DNA of 61,828 nucleotides, filler included, from Choristocarpus tenellus KU-1152 (Eukaryota; Protista; Phaeophyceae): assembly GCA_964200185.2 (NCBI GenBank). It is 9 parts of 9 records of this genome, joined end to end, with 100 filler letters (N's around TTAATTAATTAA, not from the genome) between each part and the next. Parts side by side here need not be neighbours in the genome. Positions count along the whole stretch, not along the records: positions 41,777 to 51,405 come from CAXNAD020003518.1; positions 51,506 to 54,711 come from CAXNAD020021553.1; positions 54,812 to 57,752 come from CAXNAD020023494.1; positions 57,853 to 61,828 come from CAXNAD020016831.1; 5 more parts are not named here. The stretch is one strand, 5' to 3'. Of this stretch, positions 48,201 through 58,674 are shown one piece after another. Below the pieces are notes generated by a model that saw only the letters and a list, made by a program, of their open reading frames with translations, had not been told where the DNA came from and did no database searches. The first letter of the stretch is position 1, and each line of letters opens with the position of its first letter. The position numbers were made by a program, and so were the translations under genes.

Positions 48201-51200
48201 ACATTGATGTATCCATGGTGACGATATTACTCTATGGTGGAAAAAGGAAACAGTGCTTAGATTTGGTTTTCGGTGGGATTGCTCTGAGACTAGATGTATC
48301 ATTGTAGTGCATGAGTGCTGGCCTGCTGTGGTACAGACATTCAATACTTGCATTGAAGACAAGAACCAGTACACCAAGGCTAAAAAATGGGAAGATTCAG
48401 CACGAAGCAAGGTCTGCAGTTGTTGCAAGAGCATCAATACCTGTCCTGACCCATTGTGTCCCCATGAATAGATTGCACCATCACATGTCAGGGCTATACC
48501 ATGCCAGGAACCTGCTTCCACCTTGAAGAGGTCACCACCATATACACCATATACAGGGGGGTCATGTGGGAAGAAATGTAGAGGCAGATAGATGACTGTA
48601 AGAAGGGTGCATGTACTGCTAGTGGGGTTACATGTGTATGCCTGGTCTTCATAGGAATGGCCAGAAGGCCCAGCAAGCGATCCTATATTGCAGGAAGCTA
48701 AGTCCTAGAAACTCATCGCTCAAATGTTACACTTCAGCAAACAAAAATTCCAGCTCAGTAACTGCAGAATCCGGGGGGGGGGGGAGGGATTTTGTTCGCA
48801 GTGTATATGGCAGGTATGCAAGATCGGGGCATTTGAAAGTTTAGACCGGAACCCTAACCCTACACCGAAAGGAGGGGGGATTGGGGACAACATCAACATA
48901 TACTATACCCACAAAAAAAAAGTTCCTTAGAGTTAGGGTTAGTACATGTTGCAATCCAAGTCATTTGAAACACACCCCGAAAAGCTATCGGCCTCTTCCC
49001 CCCCACCATCCACCTGCAAGATCGGCAAAGAGTCCAGGCCACAGAGGAGGCGTTTTGGCACAGACTGGAATCGTGCGATTCTTTTCTTCCCTCCAGTGGT
49101 GCGTTCTGGAGGAAAGCCCAAGCCAAGGCGGCCTCGTGTCCATGATCCCCACGAAAAGGCCTGTCGGTGGAAGGTCGTCTTTGCTTTTATTCTTTTGTTT
49201 TATTCTTTTGTTTTATTCTTTTGTTTTATTCTTCTTTGTGGGGAGGGGGGGCACTGTCCGTTTCCAGTCGTGTGCTTATACGGAAGGATTCAAAACAGAA
49301 TAGCCCTAACTCTGACTCCGATTTCTTCGCAGGCGTTTTGTTACGGTACGTGTTACGGTACTTGTTACGGTACTTGTTACGGTACGTGTTACGGTATGCA
49401 TGGCAAGAAAAAAATAATCCTGTTTTTCAACATTCCTACAAGGTAGTGTAGTGTAGTGTAGTGTAGTAAGAAAAATAAGAACAATATCAACTTCAGCACA
49501 ACAAGAATCTGAAAGGTGAGTATCTGCTTTGGGATGCATTTCTGGGGCATATTTTGTCCCACCTTGGCATGAAACTTACCCAATGTGCACATCACGGTTC
49601 TATGTCTTATGAACAATTTTGCGCTGTAGAGTTAGGGTTAGGGTTAGGGTTAGGGGCTCTATGTCTTATGACGAAGGGATGGTAAGAATATTCACACCTG
49701 TCCCGTGGTCGTGAGTGCCAAGGTGAAGCCGCCCCCACAGGCAACAGATCGTACCTTGTGCCCTTCCAGACGTTTCACAGTCCTAGAAACGATTTGACAT
49801 TTAAAGATGTGGCCGGCAGCACAGGATCAATCAAGGTATACCTTTTTGACACGCGGAGCAACAGTCTAGTTTCGTATTCGGTGCCCCCATTGAGATCCAT
49901 CAGGAGTGGAACTAATTCAATTAATTTATTTTATTTTATTTTATCTTACTTTTGTGCGGTTGGGATTATTTTGTTGTCGACTACTTTCTCCCATGGTGGA
50001 CTATGGTGGACTATGGTGGACTATGATATACAGCTGCAATATTATATATTGTTATTATTATCATTATTATTACTATCATTATATTATATTTATTATTAAA
50101 ATTATTAAATCATTATTAAATATTATTAATAATGATAATAATAATATTACTATTAATATTATTATTATCATTATTTATTATTATTATTTTTTATTATTAT
50201 TATCAATGTACTGTTATTCCTTAATGATCACTGTAGTCTGATCTTACCGCCCTGAGAACAAAAGTTCAACCCAGTAAGCATTATTCTCAACAGGCAGCTT
50301 TGATGGTGAGGCAGTATCATAGTATTCATCATGGAGGGGCATAGTGCCACTGTTGATAAGGGGCCTTTGTGACTGTGTTGTGATTTATTTATTTTTCTAT
50401 GCATGGGATCGTCCGCTTGGGATTTTTTTTCTTATTTTGGACAACTACTACTACATACACAGGCTCCTGATGGGGGTTGACTGCATTTGATACATGGAAA
50501 GGGAAAGACTCAAAACATCCGGGGGAGGGAGGGGGCTGTCCATTCGGAGCCCATTTTTCCATGTCAAGATATTTGGGTGGTTTGGTTGCATGCGTTGGAT
50601 GGATAATGTAACTGGACTTTTTCTGGTTAGGGACTGAATGAACACCCTGGTGAAAAAAACCCTCCTCCCCCCCAGATACTCTGAGCCAAATGGGTGTCAC
50701 TCAGGCACAACATTTCGTAAGTCTCCTTGAACAACATAATGCCCAAAATTCGCCCTCATCTAGATACTTTGACACACACAGACAAGTACGAAGTTCATCC
50801 ATATAATAATAATAATAATTGGTATTAATTCATTCAATTAATTCATTAATTCCATACAATAATAATTGGTATTAATTCATTCAATTAATTCATTAATTCC
50901 ATAATTTAATTATTTTTATTAATTCATTCATTCCGCTTGGGCATCCTTCTACTTCGAATGCTGGGTTAGGGTTAGGGTTAGGGTTAAATAACTGATTAGC
51001 TTGCTCATCATTCACACAAATGACACCCATGGACGCTGTGCTTGCAATGGAAGGACTCTTTCCATAGGAATCTCGAAGTTCGCAACTGCCAACTCAATTA
51101 CCAACTCAATTACCAACTCAATTACCAGCTCAGCTATCAGAGAAGTGTATGAGAAATGGAGTAGTCAGGAAACTCTCACCTAAATCTACCCATCCTCTAA

Positions 51201-51367
51201 CCCACCTTGGTCTAAGAACAGGTTCAGAGCCCCCTTGGCCAGTGGCCACTCCCACTCCCCATGTGTATAGCAACCCTTCTGTGTCAATGACTGCAGTGTG
51301 GCAACCAATCAAATCACTTCCTGCCGAGGCTGACACTATTGTGGGCAAGAGACCCTCTTCTGTAAAT
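42218..51367 (-). CDS. RCC1-repeat + tandem BTB/POZ domain protein (RCBTB-like putative Cullin-3 adaptor); both ends truncated
   Basis: RCC1 blades: SAGSDLIGCHTAVIDTEGLLYTWG (~51367-51206), VRSVACGGGFTLALTTTGQ|AFSWG...GRLGLG (~49782-49698, ~49159-49013), VEAGSWHGIALTCDGAIYSWGHNGSGQ|LG (~48521-48441, ~48116-47950), IACGAEHSFAIDSTGGVWAWG (~47427-47217), VAAGKSHTAFLTKEGRMFLCG (~46893-46503), IACGGQHIIVL (~45533-45403). BTB1: YLYAHKIILARRSPVLRDM (~44600-44389), LLEFIYTG (~43693-43439). BTB2: DVKFVAGGRPIYAHRVVLACQSQYFAAMF|RSGMCE...LLLFIYSG (~42924-42768, 42333-42218). All junctions GT-AG and in phase. Confidence 0.92.
45986..46121. repeat. 34-bp minisatellite, 4 identical copies
   Basis: ATCACAGCTCACACTTGTAAGAGTGTCTCAAGAT at 45986, 46020, 46054, 46088. 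Intronic, no spacers. Confidence 0.95.
46949..46991. repeat. Perfect 16-bp inverted repeat with 11-nt loop
   Basis: CCAATTGATATCCAAT-atacgatctac-ATTGGATATCAATTGG. Confidence 0.9.
49339..49397. repeat. 12-bp tandem repeat TGTTACGGTAC(G/T), ~5 copies
   Basis: Seen directly. It explains the CYGT/LLRY pseudo-ORF repeats in the ORF track. Confidence 0.92.
49632..49655 (+). repeat. Interstitial telomeric tract (TTAGGG)4
   Basis: Seen directly. Similar tracts at ~6332-6353, ~50963-50986, ~57671-57685, plus many 1.5-2 unit copies. Confidence 0.9.
50515..50692 (+). repeat. Dispersed repeat family B (copy 2)
   Basis: Colinear similarity to ~35205-35380. Lies in an intron of the RCC1-BTB gene. Confidence 0.8.
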
Positions 51368-51538
51368 CTGAGGTAATGAAAGAGGGGGGGGGGGGGGGGG
51401 GGGGGNNNNNNNNNNNNNNNNNNNNNNNNNNNNNNNNNNNNNNNNNNNNTTAATTAATTAANNNNNNNNNNNNNNNNNNNNNNNNNNNNNNNNNNNNNNN
51501 NNNNNATGAGAAAGGAGTTGGTTTGGTATTGGTTGGGT

Positions 51539-51574
<36 letters not shown>

Positions 51575-54500
51575 GGGGGAGTTTGTTGCGATTGCTTGTG
51601 TAGTGGCATGCCCTTCCTTTGATACTTGGTAAAGGGAACAAACCGGGTGAGATTGCGGTAAGGTTGTGTCCAGTGGAGCGCAGGTACTACATGTGTGTGT
51701 GTACTTCTTAGTGTATACAAAGTGTAGTGTGTGTACTTCTTATATGTGTGTGTACTTCTTAGTGTGTACGAAGTGTACAGCGTTGAACTTTTTTTAAATT
51801 TTGGGTTCATTTTTTATTTTTCTCAGTGTGCTGTAAGTGTGATAAATGTCCTTTCACTTCGGCGATAGACATGTCAACTTCTGTCATTTCAAGATATTTT
51901 GAAGATGATGGCAATACAATGTGTTGAAAATGTTTTTTTTCTTTTATTGGTTAAAAAAAAAAAGTCCTGTTGATGATCGGGTTTTGTGAGAATCGAAAAA
52001 TGAAACCGATTTTGACGACCAAATTATGTTTTTAGCTTAAAAATGGGGAGTGTCAGGCAGAGGGTTGAAAAGTCGCCGGTGATTCCGATAGGCTGAAATC
52101 TGTATCCTAACCCTAATATACTTCCAGTAGTGCTTATGAATCCATTTTCGATGTTAATGCTAACACTGTTGATATTTATTACATTTGAAGACAATAATGT
52201 GCTGTACTTCCTCCTGCACTATGTTTCACAGTAACATACAGTAGTGTGCAATAAAAAAAGTTTGTCTTGAGCAATATATATACATATGTATGTATGTATA
52301 TATGTATGTATTATATATATTTGTATTATGTATGTCCTGCTCACTTTTATGTGTGTGTAGTTTGGGGTTAAAAAAAAAGTGTTGTGCATTAGGTGCAAAA
52401 GTTGAATTCATAACTGAGTATGATACCCTCCTGTGTTGGCTATGTATAAAAAGACGTAAAAGGAGTGAGGAGTTTGATGGAGACGTTATAGACATTAGAG
52501 CCTTACTGGGCATTATAGATATCAAGGACATTATAGATATTAGAGCCTTACTGGGCATGAGGTTGAGTATCAAGCTGCAGACACGAGATTTCAGTTGTGA
52601 TGCACACAAGGACTTTAGAATGATTCAAAGCGTTTGAATCACTTCCCCTGCATGATGGATGGTGGTACCAGTTCCTTGTTGATACATTAGTATGCCGTGT
52701 CTACTGGAAGGGGAGGGAGGAGAGAGAGGTGATTGACTGTAGACTGTACTATCGTATCTGTGTTGTTGCACTTTTTCATCTCAGCTTAGATAGGACTGTA
52801 CTTGGTGGCTGTATGAAGTTAAGAAATTGATAAATTAGAGGGAAAAGTAGTGGGAAGGTGCGCATTGTTGAAAATTAGTGGGAAATCGATTCTGATTCTT
52901 GGTCACCTCTCTGTCGTGGGTAAGCAATGACCTTTTACTTATCTCTTGGGTGTCTATAGCCTCGCTGTACAGGTTTTATGACAATGATGATAGTATGATC
53001 ATTTTGATTGAGTGAAGTCCCCTGGCTCACACGATGTTGAAAGAGAGTACAGTATATGTACGACGTGAAGTTTGTATTTTTTATTTGTTGAAGTTGTACA
53101 ATACAATATTGTTCATTTGTTGATAGAATTTTGTTCTGATTTTGAGGCAAATATTTTGTTGGGGCTAGGGTTAGGACTTGAAAAGAGAAATTGGCACTGT
53201 TTTTTTTTAGGGTTAGGGTCGTGGCGTTTTTTTTTTTGTCTGAGCGATGTCAAATAATATCATGAGAAGGTTCATTCAGTGCAATTGAGAAATGTACTCT
53301 AGTATTTAATATATATATATATACATAGATAGATATCATTTTTTTTTTTAAACCAAAAAATTTGATACATATTTTTTTATCAACTTAATCAGCGCCAGCT
53401 GACAAGTAGTGGCAGCAAAAAATATTTTTTTTAGTATCATTGGTTCGTTTTTTTCTAATTTTCTTTTACCTTGGCTTGACCAGGACTTCATTTATTATTA
53501 TATTACTTTATTTGACCAGGACCTACGCGAGCACGAGGGTCTTCCCTCACCGCTTGGTTCCGCCCACTGCATTCACAAAAATAATATATATATATATATA
53601 TATTTTTTTTCCATGTTTTATATTTTGTATTTTGTATTTTATCTATGGTTGCGAGTGGTATTGAACTATGTGTATGGCTACAGATTTGAAAGGCCTACGA
53701 GACAGGTTGTGTGTTGTAAAAGAAAAAAGGTTTTTGACGCACCAAACTCTTAAACACCTGCCTCTCAAGGTGTGGAAATCCCCCCCTTTTTTTGTCTGTT
53801 TTGTTGTTTTCCGGTCTATTGAAGTTTTGTGTGAGTGTGTGTTGTGAATATGTGTGCTGAAAACTTCTGCTCACTCCTCGTGTAAGTATTCTAAGAGCAA
53901 AATGCAGGATGCCATAAATACACACACATATCATTATTATTGTTATTGTTTATATTGTAATTTATATTGTTAAGAGTATGTGACAAGAAGGGGTGATATC
54001 GCGTGATTGAGATGATACAATTTTTTATTTTATTTGTGTCCAAATACCTGTCTAAAAAAAAAATCCTGAATCTTTGTTGAACCGAAGGTTCGTTGTGACA
54101 GCCTTGTTTTGTATAGAAGGAGGCGGTGTGTCTGGTGTCTGGTGCAACTTTGGAGGAAGAGCATGCGGAAAATTGGGATAAGCGAACAACATAAAAAGAA
54201 AATTGGGCCTCAGATGGGGCTGCTCTCACCGCTTAACTTAGTAGGGTATCTTTGCCTTAACATGTTCTCGATTTGATGAAAAAATTCGCCAGAGTATGCT
54301 GTTGTCTGATTGGTTGGTTGGTTGGTTGGTTGGTTGGTTGATGCTGATTTGTTACACACACCGTGTACCAATAATAATTAATACGTGAAGATTTTTTTAT
54401 TTTTTATGTGTCAAGTTTTTGAATTTTTTTTTTTTTAGTGTCTTGATTTCCCAATTTTTTCAAATACGTCTTACTACTTGAATTTTTGAAACTCTCTCTC

Positions 54501-54646
54501 TCTCTCTCTTTCTCCGCTCTTCAAGATTCAAGTGAATTCAAGTGGTTGATTTTTCTCACGGGTCGGTTGTGTTCCTCTTCCCCTGCGCACGAGGTCGAAC
54601 TCATTAGCCCGGCCTGCTGTCGGCCTTTGGTTTGTTGCTTGCCCCC

Positions 54647-54680
<34 letters not shown>

Positions 54681-55007
54681 CTTCCTCTTCTCCTTTTTTT
54701 TTTTTTTTTTTNNNNNNNNNNNNNNNNNNNNNNNNNNNNNNNNNNNNNNNNNNNNTTAATTAATTAANNNNNNNNNNNNNNNNNNNNNNNNNNNNNNNNN
54801 NNNNNNNNNNNTGTGCACCAGTGTGCCCGGAAAAGATTAAAAAAAAAATGGCGGTCGCTTTCTTAAAAAAAAAAAAATGGGGGACGGACCAAAACCACAA
54901 AAAAAATCTCTCCACTTCAATGATGGAAGAGAGGAAGGTCGAGAGAAATATTGTTTGCTATGATCACATAACCTAACAACCTTGCCCAGTCACAATATTT
55001 ATATATA

Positions 55008-55043
<36 letters not shown>

Positions 55044-55406
55044 TACCATAACACATTTGATTTATGGCAAATTATATCATACAATGGTCATGCTGAACTG
55101 TCAAACAAAATATATCGCCCCCCCATCCAATCCCCCCTGCTTCTTGAAAATAGAAAATCGAATCGCCCTGAGGATAAGAAATAAAAAAAAGAGACAATTA
55201 TGGCCCCTCCCCCGCATCGGGTAGTTACATCTGCAACAAAACCTAAAGAAAAAAAAATGACAAAAAAAACTCCCCATCTAGCTCTACATCCTATCTAATC
55301 AGATAAAGAGACTGACTGCATGGTGTTCAGAAACCAAAAGATAAATAATAATAAAATATATATATTCCTCTCCATACAAATCTATACGATCTTTATATGA
55401 AAACCA

Positions 55407-56069
55407 CTATTCCAACAGCCTTGAGATACTTGGGCAACCACAAGAGGTGCTCATTCTGGGAATCCCAGATTCACAGGGGAAAAATTTTCCATAACTGTTT
55501 TGAATAGCCTGTGAATTAGACACACACACACACACACACAGAAAAAAAGAAACGTCTCTGAACTGATCCATATGGGTTTACACTGGCCTCCTATGCCTTC
55601 CGAGTATTTCAAAACCGAATTAATGGTGGAAATATTAACTATTAGTACTATTAAACCAACTAGAGTTTGAATAATGGTTAACTGTGGAGTGTACGATGTC
55701 TACATTTAGTATTAACTATTAAACCAACTAGAATTTGAATAATGGTTAACTGTGGAGTGTATGATGTCTCTATGTAGTATTAACTATTAAACCAACTAGA
55801 GTTTGAATAATAGTTAACTGAGGAGTGCACGATGTCTACATTTAGTATTAACTCTTAGTATTAACTATTAAACTAACTGGAGTTGGAATAATAGTTAACT
55901 GAGGAGTGTACGACGACTCCATTCATGGGATGCATTAAACGGTACCCTTACATACCGTGTACGGGACTGTCTGAACCACAAGAATGAAAACAAAGATAAA
56001 TAGCATGGAGCTGGCCACCATACTCCCAGTCACTAGGATTCCTTGTGGACCTTCCACCGCCTGCTCCAT
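55407..56069 (-). CDS. Last two exons of a protein with a C-terminal transmembrane segment
   Basis: Exon 56069-55956 (acceptor tttgtacag; MEQAVEGPQGILVTGSMVASSMLFIFVFILVVQTVPYT; donor G|GTATGT) joins in phase 0 to exon 55508-55407 (acceptor ctaattcacag; AIQNSYGKFFPCESGIPRMSTSCGCPSISRLLE*). Confidence 0.6.
55645..55913. repeat. 68-bp minisatellite, ~4 copies
   Basis: CTATTAAACCAACTAGAGTTTGAATAATGGTTAACTG.GGAGTG.A.GATGTC... starts at 55648, 55716, 55784, 55865. The last interval includes an extra 13 bp. Confidence 0.9.
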
Positions 56070-56695
56070 CTGTACAAAAACCAAGGAAAGAGGGAAGGTA
56101 CATGTGCATGTGCGTGTGTGTACGTGTTTGAGGATTGTCATTTTTTTTTCTTTTAAAATTTAAATTTTGTACAGAGAGGACAAACAAAAAAAAATAACTC
56201 TAACCCTACGTATACATCTCCTATTGAAAAATATATATATTTAGACGTAGATATCGGATAAGTATTTATTTACCAGTGAACAATTTTCTCTTCGAAAACG
56301 ATCTCCCAAACTTTCTGTTTTTTTGTTCTTATTTTCTCTATCAAAAAAAAAACTATGTCATTTTTTTCATGCCCTCTTGATTTGTAAGTGAGGGTCAATT
56401 TTTTTCAATTTGTCGATATATATTTATTCTGCGGTTGAACAAAAAGGTGAAAAAAAAACAACAACAGTTCAATTCATTTTGATTTTTGTAGGGGGTTTTG
56501 TCGGAGTCAAACCAGAGACAAACGGAAACGATCTGCCGGTCCCCCCCCAAAAAAATGCCTTCACATATATACAAACAGTACATCCAATCTTCTTAGAACA
56601 TCACTCACTCCCTCCGCCATGTAATGTACGATCTCGAAATGAACACTTAAAAAAAAAAAGAAGCCACAAGGTGCTGTCCAATAAAAATAAAACAA

Positions 56696-56970
56696 AAAAC
56701 ATACTACACAGACATGAATGCATGTATGTGTACATACACAAATATTAATATAATAATAAAAACATACTACACAGACATGAATGTATGTATGTGTACATAC
56801 ACAAATATTAATATAATAATAAAACATACTACACAGACATGAATGTATGTATGTGTACATACACAAATATTAATATAATAATAAAAACATACTACACAGA
56901 CATGAATGTATGTATGTGTACATACACAAATATTAATAAAATAATAAAAACATACTACACAGACATGAAT
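56696..56970. repeat. ~62-64-bp AT-rich minisatellite, ~4.5 copies
   Basis: AAAACATACTACACAGACATGAATGTATGTATGTGTACATACACAAATATTAATATAATAAT repeated. It produces the repetitive pseudo-ORFs at 56561-57162. Confidence 0.93.
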
Positions 56971-57853
56971 ATATATACATATATATATATATGTGTGTGT
57001 GTGTGTACATACATAAATAATAATAATCGTCTTCATTTTCCACGCGCACATAACAGCCCCCCCCCAAAAAATAAATAAATAAATAAATAAATCAATAATA
57101 ATAATAATAATTAAGCGTCCCATGACATTCAAATCCAACATATCCATATATATATACATCATCGTCCAAAACCACAGTAGTAGTGACCACCAAAAACTAG
57201 GACTTCAAAAAAAACAATCAGATATTCCTCCAAAATGAATCGCCTACAAACATTATACAACTGTAGTCATTTCGGGCTAGGCTGTAATGTTCTCACCCCC
57301 CCCCAACAGCACGTAAGGCCTTGCATTGCACACTTCAGTCCCCTCACGGCTCTTGGGATGAGGTTTGGACAGATAGTGCCCCTACTCTTTTTCCCCAGTA
57401 GTTCAAAGCATCATCTCTAATTAAGGTTGTAGGGTTTCAGGTTGATGGTGCTATTACACCTTAGAGTGGACTAGCCTGACCCACAAAAGAGAGACTGCAA
57501 CTAACTAACTAACTAACGCATGCCAAAATCTACGCCCCATGGTGCTTCAAAGCACCATCCATCCCTGAAATGACTCTGAACAATCACGGGTTCAGAGTTA
57601 GATGGTGCCACTGAACCTAACAACCTGGACTAGACAGTCACACGTCAAGAGGTACTAGTAATACCTTGGATTAGGGTTAGGGTTATAGAGTGTGCACAAG
57701 AAAAATAACACTTTGCAGTAGTGCTTTCGAGGCGGGAGCGGGGGCAGGGGGGNNNNNNNNNNNNNNNNNNNNNNNNNNNNNNNNNNNNNNNNNNNNTTAA
57801 TTAATTAANNNNNNNNNNNNNNNNNNNNNNNNNNNNNNNNNNNNNNNNNNNNG

Positions 57854-58132
57854 GAGGCCAAGATTCAAGGACTGTGGCAGTTCCACACCACTCGTGTCAA
57901 TTGCCTTGCGTGGGCCCCAGGGGGGCTGTTGCTTGCCTCGGCGGGGGTGGATGAAAATGTGTTTGTGTGGAATGTGGAGAAGGCCCGCCGTAGGGTGCAG
58001 TACCTGTTTGCCAACAAGGATGGCGTGGAGGGACTGGCATGGCTTTCAGATAATGTCCTGGCATCCTCAGGCTCAGACCATTGTGTGGCCACTTGGGATG
58101 TTGCCCATGATGTCCATGTGTTTGATGAGTGA
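57854..58132 (+). CDS. WDR1: WD-repeat protein 1 / actin-interacting protein 1, terminal exon (5' part lost at contig start)
   Basis: EAKIQGLWQFHTTRVNCLAWAPGGLLLASAGVDENVFVWNVEKARRRVQYLFANKDGVEGLAWLSDNVLASSGSDHCVATWDV...*. The W.FHT.RV.CLAW.P pattern and last two WD40 blades match the AIP1/WDR1 C-terminus. Confidence 0.8.
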   Translation, partial: EAKIQGLWQFHTTRVNCLAWAPGGLLLASAGVDENVFVWNVEKARRRVQYLFANKDGVEGLAWLSDNVLASSGSDHCVATWDVAHDVHVFDE

Positions 58133-58674
58133 GTCTATGTTGAGTTGTTACAGCTTTTCCATGGGCAGATGTCATCCTTCTGGGAGTAAAACAAAGGTTT
58201 AAAGGACACGGCTGTGAAAAATATGGGCTTGTGTTTTTCTAGTTTTTTCATCCTTGGCCATAAAGATTGAAGTAGTGCGTTTTTCTTTTGTTAGCCCCTA
58301 CTGCTGCATGGGATTTAGGGGGCAAGCACTTAATTGGTGGATGTTCAAAAAGACTGTCCTCTAGGGCTCTGTGTGGGCAGAATACATTTCAAAGAAGCCT
58401 ATGTTATAGTAGAAAACGTACCAAACTTTGATACAATGGGTAGTTTATAGTTCATCTTCACAGTTGCAGTAAGAAATACTAGTTTGGGAGTATTTATATC
58501 TTGCTGACATCTGTCTTGTGGGGGCTTTGGCTGAATGGCATGGCCTTTCATAAGGATCACAATGGCTTCCATAGAATTGGTAAAGTGTATGCTTGTGACT
58601 TGTTGACGTAACTCAGGTTTGATACAGTCTGATATCTTTTGCCATTGGGATGAGGCAGGGCTGCCTGTTACACC

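Noticed and set aside
49906-50241. Tyr/Ile/Asn-rich ORFs
   Set aside because: Translation of a degenerate (ATT)n microsatellite inside an intron.
52484-52558. ~28-bp direct repeat giving the IDIRALLG repeat in an ORF
   Set aside because: A local duplication with no splice or domain support for coding.
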